From an uncultured Bdellovibrionales bacterium (lineage in GTDB: Bacteria; Bdellovibrionota_C; UBA2361; J135): a DNA stretch of 49,837 bases. A program made the translations under genes and the position numbers. Location of the stretch: NCBI GenBank assembly GCA_964650155.1, contig CAZYRE010000003.1, forward strand, positions 1 through 49,837, given 5' to 3'. Positions 1-9,249 of this stretch are shown here, one piece after another. The notes under the pieces are model-generated. The model saw only the letters and a list, made by a program, of their open reading frames with translations. It was not told where the DNA came from and did no database searches. Position 1 is the first letter of the stretch. The number at the start of each line of letters is the position of its first letter.

Positions 1-444
1 GGCACCAACTCTTTCAAATTCAAAAAGCACTGTATACGGATTTAAGTCTGTACTGACGGATCTTACCAAATCAACAAATTCACTATTGCTTCCCTCAACG
101 GAAAGAACTCTAGGACGACCTAACTTATCCTGAAATTTTTTGGCCTCTCGCCACTGACCAATAATTTTACCAAGTAAACTTACTGAAGAGCCATCAGTAA
201 TTTCACCTTTTAAAATTTTTGTTACATCACGACGATGAACTCCGGTCATTACAGTTATCTTACTAATGCTCTGTTCATGCTGAGACGTATTTAGTTCCTC
301 CAATGCTATGTCTACGAACGCGCCCTTGAGTACTTCAATTAAATCCTGGAGCTTTACCGAATTACGCACGCATAGTCTGACGAATGGCCTAATTAAAAGT
401 CTCAGACTCTTTAAAAAACTTCCCTGATCTAAATAACTGTTCAT
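1..444 (-). CDS. hypothetical protein with an HTH-like segment; the C-terminus runs off the left edge of the window
   Basis: Absent from the ORF track because it is truncated. Hand translation of the minus strand from the ATG at 444..442 gives MNSYLDQGSFLKSLRLLIRPFVRLCVRNSVKLQDLIEVLKGAFVDIALEELNTSQHEQSISKITVMTGVHRRDVTKILKGEI..., open to base 1 (148 codons). The segment ISKITVMTGVHRRDVTKIL resembles a helix-turn-helix. Confidence 0.5.
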   Translation of the reverse strand, partial: MNSYLDQGSFLKSLRLLIRPFVRLCVRNSVKLQDLIEVLKGAFVDIALEELNTSQHEQSISKITVMTGVHRRDVTKILKGEITDGSSVSLLGKIIGQWREAKKFQDKLGRPRVLSVEGSNSEFVDLVRSVSTDLNPYTVLFEFERVGA

Positions 445-598
445 GATGTAATTTATTTACACTAGTTTAACTCATCGTATAAACGCCTATTTAACATAAT
501 AATCTAATATAACTTGACAAGCAAGAGGATTTTCCGCTACCCTTGTTTTATGGTGGTATTTAATTACATTATCACTGCTACTTTCTTGTTAGGATTTT

Positions 599-844
599 AT
601 GTTTAAACAAAATTTCATTCCTCTGGTGGTAGTCACAAATTTATTCCTACTTTTTACTGGCTGCGCTGGTGGTTCATGGGGTACCGGCGTCAAGCCCAAC
701 ACCTTTCAAGAGCAAGAAGGAGAAAATTCGGCCGATGCTGCGGCTAAGAAGCTCAAACTAAAAAATATTTTTGGAGCAAGCAGATCGTCAGAATGCACAC
801 AAGCTGAGCTGACTGCGGATCCGACGCACTGCAAGAGTAATTAA
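599..844 (+). CDS. small lipoprotein (81 aa)
   Basis: Lipobox LFTG-C after a hydrophobic N-terminus (MFKQNFIPLVVVTNLFLLFTGC). AGGA lies 5 nt upstream of the ATG. First of three co-directional lipoprotein genes. Confidence 0.6.
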   Translation: MFKQNFIPLVVVTNLFLLFTGCAGGSWGTGVKPNTFQEQEGENSADAAAKKLKLKNIFGASRSSECTQAELTADPTHCKSN

Positions 845-860
845 TTTAATTGGAGGACAT

Positions 861-1304
861 ATGAAGAATATTTTATTTGCTTTATTATTTCTAAGTGGCT
901 GCACGACAGCAAGTCAACATTCAGCCCAACTACATCCAACTCAAGGAGAACGAATAACAGTTGGTAAAGTTCAAAGTCAGATAAAAAAGGGCATGAGTCA
1001 GGCAGAAGTTGCTTCTGTTCTAGGATCACCAAATATCGTGAGTCGGAATGAAACCGGCAATGAAAGTTGGATTTATGATAAGATTGCTACTGAGAGTAGC
1101 TACTCAAACTCCACAGGTGGATATGGTGGAATATTAGGTGTTGGTGCACCAATCGGATCCGTTCTCCTTGGCGGTGTGGGAGCAGGATCAGTTCAAGAAT
1201 CCGCGGGTGCTGCTGCTACAACTGAGAGGACATTAACTGTCATTATCGCATTTGATCAAACAGGTAGGGTTCAGAATTCAAGCTACCACTCTAGCCATTT
1301 CTAA
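861..1304 (+). CDS. outer-membrane lipoprotein, SmpA/OmlA (BamE)-like domain plus a glycine-zipper segment
   Basis: Lipobox FLSG-C and a GGAGG RBS. GMSQAEVASVLGSPNIV...ESWIY resembles the BamE/SmpA_OmlA fold motif. GGYGGILGVGAPIGSVLLGGVGAGS is a glycine zipper. Confidence 0.6.
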   Translation: MKNILFALLFLSGCTTASQHSAQLHPTQGERITVGKVQSQIKKGMSQAEVASVLGSPNIVSRNETGNESWIYDKIATESSYSNSTGGYGGILGVGAPIGSVLLGGVGAGSVQESAGAAATTERTLTVIIAFDQTGRVQNSSYHSSHF

Positions 1305-1313
1305 GGAGGCATT

Positions 1314-1811
1314 ATGATGAGGTTTGTTGTTTTGGGTCTATGTTTAAGCTTAGCTGGCTGCATGATGCCGCCAGCGATGCCACCAAAAACTCCGCTTCAG
1401 GTAAGAGAGATTCAAAGTCGGGACTTTGATACGACCAACTCTACTTTAGTGATGAAAGCCTTACTCAATGTCCTTCAAGATGAAGGATTTGTAACCCGGA
1501 ACGCGGTTACTGACCTCGGCTTAATTACTGCGACACGCGAAGCTAATGCTCGTGACACTTCAGCAATGGTTTTTGGATCAATAATATTGGGGAACGATGC
1601 CAGCTGGCCTCAGACTAATATCGTTGAGGCAACTGCAAACGTCTCTCCTTATGGGTCCACCCGTACACGTGTGCGACTTACCTTTAAGGAAAAGCAGATG
1701 GATAATCGTGGCGCGGTCTTCAGCGTGAAAGAGATTCAAGATCCTAACTACTATCAAAACTTTTTTGCCAAAGTTGACAAAGGGTTATTTATCGAAAGAA
1801 GTGGGATCTAG
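1314..1811 (+). CDS. lipoprotein, function unknown (165 aa)
   Basis: Lipobox SLAG-C and a GGAGG RBS. No family recognised. Confidence 0.6.
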   Translation: MMRFVVLGLCLSLAGCMMPPAMPPKTPLQVREIQSRDFDTTNSTLVMKALLNVLQDEGFVTRNAVTDLGLITATREANARDTSAMVFGSIILGNDASWPQTNIVEATANVSPYGSTRTRVRLTFKEKQMDNRGAVFSVKEIQDPNYYQNFFAKVDKGLFIERSGI

Positions 1812-3619
1812 CGTTCGATCGCTCCCATGTCAACTCCAACTACCCCATCGGTATTGCCATCTTGCGGTCGCGGTGCTCCATAAATATCCTCCGCTGAAAC
1901 CACTACGGCAGCCGAATCTACGGCGGGACTACTCATAGCAGGCTTGAGAAATGCATTACTTGAAGGATTGATGCTTTCAAATTGAGGGTTAGTCATTAGC
2001 GATTGAGCATCTTTGCCCAAATTCTGCCAATTGGAAAATGAATATGAAGCTCCGGCATATGCAAATATCCAGGAGCTAGGCTGATTCGGAGCGTAGAAAA
2101 GATTGAAGTTCGATCGTATTCGAGAAAGTGGCATATCAAGTAACAACGCAGAACCCCAATTGGTAGAACTGGTTGAGTAATAAATATTATTCTTAAAATC
2201 TATTTTGTTAGACATGCTCTGAGCGTACAAAAAATGATGTTCGTTATTAACAGGAGTATCAGTATTGAAATAAGTATTATTTGCAATCGTGACATTTTGA
2301 CATCCACCAACTAATGGATGATTAGATAATGCAACTGCGGTTGCAGTATTTAGAAAAATATTATTTCTAATCGCAACTCCTCTAGCCGTGCAAAGAAAAC
2401 CTATGTTGGAAGCGGCTTGGCCTGGAGTGTGAATCAAGATGTTTTTTTGGGCTAAAATATTCGTTACATACTCTGTAGATTCATTATTCTGCGGTGCAAA
2501 CGTAGAGATTGCGCCCAAAGTATTCCCGGAAATAACAGCGAGATTATTATTCCCTCTTATTGTCACACTAGTGAATGTTTCCGGTATATTTACAATCTGA
2601 TTATGAGCAATAAATGTTTTTAGCCCGCCTTGAATTCTGATGGCATGCTGATTTAGATGAAGATCATGAATGTAGTTGTCTATCGCGGCAAACCTTGAAG
2701 ATCCGCCGTAAATTGCATACTGTCTTGAGTCCTGAACTTCCGATCCAATAATTGAAACCCCATCACTCGTTGTAGATCCTGCACCTAAATAAAATGCATT
2801 ACCATTCAACTTCTTTAACTCTAAATTACTCAAAGTAACATTTGAGCTTGATACAACAGATACTCCTGAAACTGTCGGGGAAGCTCCACTTTGCCAAGCG
2901 CCACTGATTGAAAAGTCGGCAATTGTGACATCATTAACACTATCGAGCCTTAATACCTCAGTCCAATTATCTCCATTTGAAACTAAATTTGGTTTGATTG
3001 GCTGAGGGGTGTTAGGTGAAGGAAATCCTCCAATAAACAATGGACCATTTAAATTTGAAATTTGCGCGGAATTCTGTTGCCACACCGCACCGCGATCAAA
3101 TAGGAGACGATTATTTACTGCGGCGTACTGTAATGCCTGAGAAAAGTTATCTGTTACGATTCTTCTGTTAGGATTTGTCGTTGGACATCCAACAAAGTTA
3201 TTCCGCAGAGTGGTTGAAAAGCAGTAAGTTTGCCCTTTACGCGGCATATACTCGACCGCTGGATCTAAAACAGTCACCTGAACCGGCACAGCTTCTGCAA
3301 CCACGCCTGTTCTATCTGTCACCGTCATTCTGATCGTGTATGTACCAGGATTTGGATAAACGTGCGCTGAAACAAATCCACTTTCCTGGCTGAAAGCATT
3401 AGTAGGATCTAGATTAGTTGCATCGAAATTAATTTGAATATCTGCATTTACCAAATCATCTCGAGTTAAGCCGGTAGTACCGCTTGCATCTGCAAAGATA
3501 GATAATGGAGCGACTCCTATTGTTCGGCTTAATTGTAAATTAGGGGTAATTAGAGGCTGCGCAAATAGATTAGTACTGAAAAAAAGTACGAAGACATACA
3601 ATAAGCGCCGAACAAGCAT
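1808..3619 (-). CDS. secreted PKD-domain / right-handed parallel beta-helix repeat protein
   Basis: Signal peptide MLVRRLLYVFVLFFSTNLFA. PKD-like NPGTYTIRMTVTDRTG. Many N-x-[ILV] beta-helix rungs (NVTLSNLEL, IHDLHLNQHAIRI, NNIFLN). C-terminal APRPQDG..DGVVGVDMGAIE tail typical of this class. Confidence 0.7.
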   Translation of the reverse strand: MLVRRLLYVFVLFFSTNLFAQPLITPNLQLSRTIGVAPLSIFADASGTTGLTRDDLVNADIQINFDATNLDPTNAFSQESGFVSAHVYPNPGTYTIRMTVTDRTGVVAEAVPVQVTVLDPAVEYMPRKGQTYCFSTTLRNNFVGCPTTNPNRRIVTDNFSQALQYAAVNNRLLFDRGAVWQQNSAQISNLNGPLFIGGFPSPNTPQPIKPNLVSNGDNWTEVLRLDSVNDVTIADFSISGAWQSGASPTVSGVSVVSSSNVTLSNLELKKLNGNAFYLGAGSTTSDGVSIIGSEVQDSRQYAIYGGSSRFAAIDNYIHDLHLNQHAIRIQGGLKTFIAHNQIVNIPETFTSVTIRGNNNLAVISGNTLGAISTFAPQNNESTEYVTNILAQKNILIHTPGQAASNIGFLCTARGVAIRNNIFLNTATAVALSNHPLVGGCQNVTIANNTYFNTDTPVNNEHHFLYAQSMSNKIDFKNNIYYSTSSTNWGSALLLDMPLSRIRSNFNLFYAPNQPSSWIFAYAGASYSFSNWQNLGKDAQSLMTNPQFESINPSSNAFLKPAMSSPAVDSAAVVVSAEDIYGAPRPQDGNTDGVVGVDMGAIER

Positions 3620-3827
3620 AAAACCCTTAGTAAAAAGACAAAAAAATTTATGATCTTACCGAGGATGACCAGACCAACCTGCACAATGAAGTGCAAATAC
3701 TGATCCAGCTGCGGGGCTAATCGTCTCTTGCCAGGGAACGACCTCCAAGCATAGTCGACGCATGACGTAACTCATTGTTTTGTTTAGGCTTTTATAAACC
3801 TAACATATTATGGTCGCTGCTTTGTTA

Positions 3828-4580
3828 CTACTGACTAAGCATCTGGGTTAAAGCTAAGGCTCTCTCAGGACTCATAAGTGCTAAGACCTGTGCAATCCTT
3901 TTCTCAGGCATCCGCTTCAATAGGGACAAAGAGATCGTTATATCAAGCTGCTCCATTAACTTAGCAGCCTCATCTGGAGCCATAGAGCTATAAACTTTTG
4001 AAAGTTGTTCGAGCTGTCCATCACGTCGACGATCTGTTTGATCTCGCTTAATCCTTAATTCATCAGTCAAAGATTTAAGCTCTGTTAATCTTGCAGCCAA
4101 CTCCATCTCTTTACGATCTAAATCCTTTTCTCTGTCTGATAACTTTTCATCACGAGCCTCTAGTTCTGCACGTCTTGAATCAAGTTGAGTTAAGATCTCT
4201 ACCTCTTCCCGACTAAATGTATTTGGAACAGCCAATTCAGATAATGCCGTACGTGGCATAGAAGCTTGAGATGCTTGTGCCACTGGAATCTCGGTAATAC
4301 CTGAGTACTCAATCAAACTGAGCCCAATCTTAGTTAGACCTAATAGCGCAATTAAACCGATTGCAAGATTATTTCCACTCATAGGAAGGGAGATGTTTTT
4401 GAACATATTTATTTTCGTCATCTCTCCAGAGAGCCTGGCTCTAGCAGCGCTTACATACTTTTTCTTTGTAGGAGAAGAAGTAGGAGTGTCCCCTTCGTTC
4501 ATCTTATGTAGAGTTTTTTGAAGATCTTTATATAGCTCAGCCGCTTGTTCTCTCGTTAACCCTTTGTTCTCTTTTGCCAT
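3828..4580 (-). CDS. flagellar MotE/FlbB/YlxF-like protein (single TM helix, coiled coil, MgtE_N-like C-terminus)
   Basis: Lies directly after fliJ, as ylxF does in Bacillus-type fla operons. TM segment LAIGLIALLGLTKIGLSLI, a charged coiled coil, and C-terminal PDEAAKLMEQL...KRIAQVLALMSPERALALTQML resembling the MgtE N-terminal domain. Confidence 0.6.
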   Translation of the reverse strand: MAKENKGLTREQAAELYKDLQKTLHKMNEGDTPTSSPTKKKYVSAARARLSGEMTKINMFKNISLPMSGNNLAIGLIALLGLTKIGLSLIEYSGITEIPVAQASQASMPRTALSELAVPNTFSREEVEILTQLDSRRAELEARDEKLSDREKDLDRKEMELAARLTELKSLTDELRIKRDQTDRRRDGQLEQLSKVYSSMAPDEAAKLMEQLDITISLSLLKRMPEKRIAQVLALMSPERALALTQMLSQ

Positions 4581-4598
4581 ATAACCTACCTCAAAAAA

Positions 4599-5036
4599 TT
4601 ATTCTCGATCTAACCGCCCGTAACGCTGCACAGCCAATTCATCTAACACTTTGGCTTCTTCCTTATTGATGGCTCCTTGATACTCAAGTTGCTTACGAGC
4701 TTTAAGCATCTTCAGTGCCTCATGCTCTTTCACAGCTTCCAAATACTCTTCCTTAACCTTTTCTGCTTCAAATACAAGTAATGCTAACAACTCCTTTGCA
4801 GCATCAATCTCATGCAACAAACGAGCTTCATATTGAGCTGATAGGTGCAATTCCTGTGCCCTTATTACACCTGTTGCACGCCCGGATCCCTGAAGCTGTA
4901 CGTCTAGCTCTGATATTTTCGCTTCGGTCTCTCTAACCGCTGTATTCTTAAGAAATAACTCCTTTTTTTTCTCTTCTCGAATTTGCTCTCTAAGCTCTAG
5001 AACCTTTTCGAGTCTGAATTTAAACTTTTTAGCCAT
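4599..5036 (-). CDS. fliJ: flagellar export chaperone FliJ
   Basis: 145-aa all-coiled-coil protein immediately downstream of fliI. The N-terminus FKFRLEKVLELRE is typical of FliJ. Confidence 0.7.
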   Translation of the reverse strand: MAKKFKFRLEKVLELREQIREEKKKELFLKNTAVRETEAKISELDVQLQGSGRATGVIRAQELHLSAQYEARLLHEIDAAKELLALLVFEAEKVKEEYLEAVKEHEALKMLKARKQLEYQGAINKEEAKVLDELAVQRYGRLDRE

Positions 5037-5056
5037 AACTTAACCTGTTCTAATAC

Positions 5057-6391
5057 CTATTTTGACTTTGTCTCTGTGACACCCTCAGTCAAAATTTTGG
5101 CAAGAGTTAACCAACTATCTTGTAAACCAACCTTTTCATTCACACGTTGTCGCAAAAACTCTGTGACTTTATCATAGAGATTTACCGCTCTATCCACACG
5201 TGGATTGAGTCCTGCCTTGTAAGCTCCAATGGTAATTAAATCTTCGTTTTCTTTATACGTAGCTAATATATCTCGAGTCTGATTTGCTAATTCGATAACT
5301 TCTGGGGGAACAATATCAGGCATTACCCTTGATGTGCTCTCAAGTACCTCTACTGCTGGAAAATGTCCCTTACTTGCTAATCTTCGGCTAAGTACCACGT
5401 GACCATCCAAGATGCCTCTTGTAGAGTCAGCAATTGGCTCATTCATATCATCGCCTTCAACAAGTACTGTATAAAGTCCGGTAATTGAACCTTGACCTTC
5501 TGAAGTACCAGCACGCTCAAGTAATTTTGGTAACATAGAGAATACTGAGGGTGTGTAACCTTTTGTGCTAGGTGGCTCCCCAATTGATAATCCTATTTCT
5601 CTCTGAGCCATTGCCAAACGAGTAACAGAATCGACCATTAAAACTACTTTTTTACCTTGATCGCGATAATATTCTGCAAGTGCGGTGGCATAATATGCTG
5701 CTCTAATTCTCTTGAGTGCGGATTGATCGCCTGTTGCTACAACTACAACAGATCTAGCTAAGCCTTCAGGACCAAGATCTCTTTCTATAAATTCTCTAAC
5801 TTCACGACCACGTTCACCTACTAAGGCAATTACGTTAATATCACTGGTAGAGTTTTTGGCTATCATGCCTAAGAGCGTAGATTTACCAACTCCTGAACCG
5901 GCCATAATACCGATACGTTGCCCTGAACCTACCGTAAGCATAGAATTTAAAACCTTAACCCCTAAATCTAGAGGTGCTTCTATTCGACGTCGCATGACAG
6001 GATTCGGTGGAGCCCTAAAAAGAGGAACCATATCCCCTTGTGTCGGCATCGGTTTTCGATCCATTGGTTGACCAAAAGCATCGATTATTCGACCTAAATA
6101 ATCATTCGAAACGAATACTGAGCTTGCTGCACCACCCACTCTAACTTGTGAACCGGGGCCTACGCCTTGAAGTTCTTCATAGGGCATCATTAAAACTCGA
6201 TCGCCCTTAAAACCTACGACTTGTGCAACGATCGTTTGATTACCACTTTGAACTCTTACATTTGTACCAACTGGCACTGATGGCCCATTACCTTCTATTA
6301 CTAAGCCAGTAACATCCATGACTGAGCCACGTAGTTCGTACCGTGTGGATCTGTTAATATGATTTTCTATCCGATCAGTTCGCGGGCTCAT
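5057..6391 (-). CDS. fliI: flagellum-specific ATPase FliI
   Basis: Walker A GSGVGKST, Walker B VVLMVDSVTR and F1/FliI-type motifs throughout. The ORF track starts it at a TTG at 6430. The ATG at 6391 forms an ATGA overlap with the fliH stop and is my preferred start. Confidence 0.95.
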   Translation of the reverse strand: MSPRTDRIENHINRSTRYELRGSVMDVTGLVIEGNGPSVPVGTNVRVQSGNQTIVAQVVGFKGDRVLMMPYEELQGVGPGSQVRVGGAASSVFVSNDYLGRIIDAFGQPMDRKPMPTQGDMVPLFRAPPNPVMRRRIEAPLDLGVKVLNSMLTVGSGQRIGIMAGSGVGKSTLLGMIAKNSTSDINVIALVGERGREVREFIERDLGPEGLARSVVVVATGDQSALKRIRAAYYATALAEYYRDQGKKVVLMVDSVTRLAMAQREIGLSIGEPPSTKGYTPSVFSMLPKLLERAGTSEGQGSITGLYTVLVEGDDMNEPIADSTRGILDGHVVLSRRLASKGHFPAVEVLESTSRVMPDIVPPEVIELANQTRDILATYKENEDLITIGAYKAGLNPRVDRAVNLYDKVTEFLRQRVNEKVGLQDSWLTLAKILTEGVTETKSK

Positions 6392-7194
6392 TTGACCATA
6401 CGAACCGCTACTGCGGCGATTCGCTCCCAAGCTTTATGAAGGTCGAAATCAACTTCTCCTGCAGAAGTTTCAATTAAGCAACCTGCTTTAACTGATTCAT
6501 CAGCTTCAAATGTCCAGGAACCATCAAATTCCTTTAGTTTCTTGGATAGCCCCATGATCTCTATAAATTCTAAATCTTGCGCGCTTACTTTTACTTTCTT
6601 AATGGTAGCGCTTCCTGCGTGAGTAAGGGCCTGCTTTAAGACCTCGACGATATACTCAGGATTAATTTCAACGGCTTGCTCTATAATTTTCTTGGATAGC
6701 TCGATTGCGATACGGACAGATGTCTTTTCGATCTCATCCTGACTTTTTTGTACAAATTTATTAATTTCTTCAGTTACAGAAATTAAATTACTCTTTAATT
6801 TTTCGATTTCAGCATCTCTTAGAGCCTTAGCTTCTTCTGTGGCAGCCGCTCGACCTTTGGCTTCTGCCTCAGCTAGCATTTTTTTTACTTCTGTTTCAGA
6901 AATAGACTTTTCTGCTGGGGTTGAAGACTCGGCGACCTTCTCTTGAGCGCGCCAGCGCTTTACTGTAGAGGTCTGTGAAGTACCTCCAAAGTCTGCAAAC
7001 ATAGGATCTGTCACGAATTCACTTGATGCAACAACTTCGATGTCAAACGGCTCAAATTGATGCTCTTCTTGGATAGTTCCCAATACTTCCCATTCTTGTC
7101 GTCCAAATTGCGTAGGTCGATACTGCGACTGGGAAATACGAGATGATTTCCCTTGCTCCGAAGACTCTTTATTATCTGCCTGAACCTCTGACAT
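6388..7194 (-). CDS. fliH: flagellar assembly protein FliH
   Basis: Acidic/coiled-coil centre followed by a FliH/YscL-type C-terminus (ELSKKIIEQAVEINPEYIVEVLKQAL...GCLIETSAGEVDFDL). AGGGG RBS. Sits just upstream of fliI. Confidence 0.85.
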   Translation of the reverse strand: MSEVQADNKESSEQGKSSRISQSQYRPTQFGRQEWEVLGTIQEEHQFEPFDIEVVASSEFVTDPMFADFGGTSQTSTVKRWRAQEKVAESSTPAEKSISETEVKKMLAEAEAKGRAAATEEAKALRDAEIEKLKSNLISVTEEINKFVQKSQDEIEKTSVRIAIELSKKIIEQAVEINPEYIVEVLKQALTHAGSATIKKVKVSAQDLEFIEIMGLSKKLKEFDGSWTFEADESVKAGCLIETSAGEVDFDLHKAWERIAAVAVRMVK

Positions 7195-7212
7195 GAGCTA
7201 CCCCTATCTTCG

Positions 7213-8865
7213 TTAGATGCGACCATCGTTTAACCAGTAGCGGATCAAAAGTGCGGCCTGCGATGGATTGTCTTTCACAATCTTAGAATTTTCCGCCATA
7301 AGCGCTTCAAGTTGTTCAATATCTACGTTGTTAGTCTCTACAGCTACAGGAACAACAGCTTTACGCTCCTGCTTTAACTCCTGCTCTAGCTCTTCAATTC
7401 CCGTAGGCAGTAATCGGCTAAGATCAATCTCTGCCTCAGTAGGTGTAACCATAAACTTCACTAGTGGTCTTACTACTACGAAGAAGAAAAGAAGAATAAA
7501 AATTCCAGGAACAACTTTTGAAACAACATTGAAGATAAAGTCTTGAGTCGCCTTACTATCTAACTGCTCTGCGACTGATTCATCCCCAACATGAAATGGG
7601 ATATTCTGTACTGAAAGCGTATCGCCTCTACCTGCGTCAAAGCCTACCGCGCTCTTAGCTACGTCTTCAATTTGCTGTAGCATCTCAGAAGGTAATGGCT
7701 TGTAGACCGGTTTTGCTACGGCGTCCTTGCCAGTCGCTATATCTTCATAAACCCCATCAACGAGCACAGATACGGATAATTTCGTAAGTTTTCCTCGCGG
7801 TAAAACCGTCTTAGAAACCGCTCGCGAAACTTCATAATTCTTAACTGATTCTCTTCGCTTAGAAGTGCTACCTTCTGTCTCAGGATTTGGTAGATTCTGG
7901 GCATCGGTTAAATTAGAAACTACACCTGGGATACCACCTCTCACATTTGCGCCGGAACCCTCTTCAATAGTCCTTTCAGATCGAGCAACTTGGCCCCCGG
8001 GATCAAAGCTTTCCTCTTCTCTTTCACTAGACGAAAAATCAAGGTCAGCTGCTACTCTAGCAATAACTTTACCTGGTCCAAGAACTTTTGAGATCATTTG
8101 CTCTATGCGTTGTGCGTAGTTTTGCTCCATCGATCGTTGGAACTGGATTCTATCGGCATCACCAGTTAAAGCCTCATCATTAGATTGAATTCGTTCAGAG
8201 AGTAGATTGCCATAGATATCAACAATGCTTACATTCTCAATCTTTAATCCTTCAACGCTGCCAGCAACTAAGTGCGAGATGCCTCGAATCTGTTTCTGGT
8301 CTAATTCTCCACCGGGGCGCAATTTAATCATCACTGATGCTGTTGGCTCGCTACCCCTTTTAGCAAAGACTGTCTTTTCTGGTTGAGTTATATGAACGCG
8401 TGCTGATGCTATAGCATCAAGTGATGAAATCGTTCTCTCCAACTCTCCTTGTGTTGCTCGGATAAATTTCAATCTTTCAACAAAACTTGTCGTGCCGAGA
8501 TTATTTGTATCAAACAACTCAAATCCTACCTTGCCACCACGAGGCAATCCTTCTCCAGCTAGAGACATTCTTAGTTCATGAATCATATCTGGAGGGCTAA
8601 TCGCTATGGTGCTTCCATCCCCTCTAACTTCATACTTAATTTTCTGTGATTTTAATTTCTCAACAACCGCAGAAGCATCTGCTGGCTCAAGATCAGAGAA
8701 TAACACGGAGTAGTCTGGACTAGTTGCCCAATTTGAAACGAATACTATTCCCCAAACTGTTCCGACAATTAAAATTGGAAACAGCAACTTCTGAGATAGA
8801 GGCAACTTCATGAAATTGGCCATGAACTGACCGAAAATCGCGCTAGGATCAAATGCCGATGCCAC
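7213..8865 (-). CDS. fliF: flagellar MS-ring protein FliF
   Basis: 550 aa with an N-terminal TM helix, a YscJ/FliF ring domain (LFSDLEPADASAVVEKLKSQKIKYEV, GLPRGGKVGFELFD), a second TM near the C-terminus and a FliG-binding tail. Confidence 0.95.
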   Translation of the reverse strand: MASAFDPSAIFGQFMANFMKLPLSQKLLFPILIVGTVWGIVFVSNWATSPDYSVLFSDLEPADASAVVEKLKSQKIKYEVRGDGSTIAISPPDMIHELRMSLAGEGLPRGGKVGFELFDTNNLGTTSFVERLKFIRATQGELERTISSLDAIASARVHITQPEKTVFAKRGSEPTASVMIKLRPGGELDQKQIRGISHLVAGSVEGLKIENVSIVDIYGNLLSERIQSNDEALTGDADRIQFQRSMEQNYAQRIEQMISKVLGPGKVIARVAADLDFSSSEREEESFDPGGQVARSERTIEEGSGANVRGGIPGVVSNLTDAQNLPNPETEGSTSKRRESVKNYEVSRAVSKTVLPRGKLTKLSVSVLVDGVYEDIATGKDAVAKPVYKPLPSEMLQQIEDVAKSAVGFDAGRGDTLSVQNIPFHVGDESVAEQLDSKATQDFIFNVVSKVVPGIFILLFFFVVVRPLVKFMVTPTEAEIDLSRLLPTGIEELEQELKQERKAVVPVAVETNNVDIEQLEALMAENSKIVKDNPSQAALLIRYWLNDGRI

Positions 8866-8900
8866 AAAAACCTCCCTTCAACAAACCTATAAAAACTTAA

Positions 8901-9236
8901 TTATACTTGTGTCCTCATTACCTCTTCGTAAGCTCTAACGATCTTACTTCGAACCGCATTCATAAGCTGGAATGCGATATCTGCCTTCTCTAAAGCGAGC
9001 ATGGCTTCATGGGAAGTAAATCCTGGCTTATTTAAAACTATCCCCTCAATCTGCTTCTCTGCTTGATTCTGTACCGTATTTACATCTTGAACAGCATCTT
9101 TAAGAAAATCGCCAAAGCCCTTGGTTTTTTGAGAACTGTCTGAAGTCTTAGGCTCGATAGATTGGGACTTCTCAGATGCCTTAGGTCCGACTATCGATTG
9201 AATATCTTGGTATGCTTTTAATCCATTGATGTTCAT
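8901..9236 (-). CDS. fliE: flagellar hook-basal body protein FliE
   Basis: 111 aa. C-terminus MLALEKADIAFQLMNAVRSKIVRAYEEVMRTQV matches the FliE signature. Confidence 0.85.
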   Translation of the reverse strand: MNINGLKAYQDIQSIVGPKASEKSQSIEPKTSDSSQKTKGFGDFLKDAVQDVNTVQNQAEKQIEGIVLNKPGFTSHEAMLALEKADIAFQLMNAVRSKIVRAYEEVMRTQV

Positions 9237-9249
9237 ACCCTATTCTCCT

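Noticed and set aside
514-519. TTGACA in the divergent region upstream of the first lipoprotein gene, considered as a -35 box.
   Set aside because: No acceptable -10 hexamer lies 16-18 nt downstream (CTACCC/TACCCT).
3660-3776. A possible 39-codon minus-strand ORF (MSYVMRRLCLEVVPWQETISPAAG...) in the slightly GC-richer gap after the flagellar operon, considered as a fliK remnant.
   Set aside because: It has no RBS, no similarity to FliK or hook genes, and is too short to evaluate.
7011-7226. A 71-aa minus-strand ORF spans the fliF-fliH junction; I considered it as a possible remnant of fliG.
   Set aside because: It is out of frame, overlaps the fliH N-terminus, and its sequence (MVASNEDRGSSCQRFRQIIKS...) has no FliG-like motif. 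It is far too short for FliG (about 330 aa).
5856-8119. Plus-strand ORFs of 71-92 aa (5856..6071, 7268..7546, 7865..8119) lie inside fliI and fliF. Similar antisense ORFs lie inside the kinase, TPR, gdh, giant GT, hybrid kinase, beta-helix, TraU-like and methyltransferase genes.
   Set aside because: All are fully embedded antisense to long ORFs with unmistakable family motifs. They have low-complexity Ser/Leu/Pro-rich translations and no RBS, which is typical of shadow ORFs.
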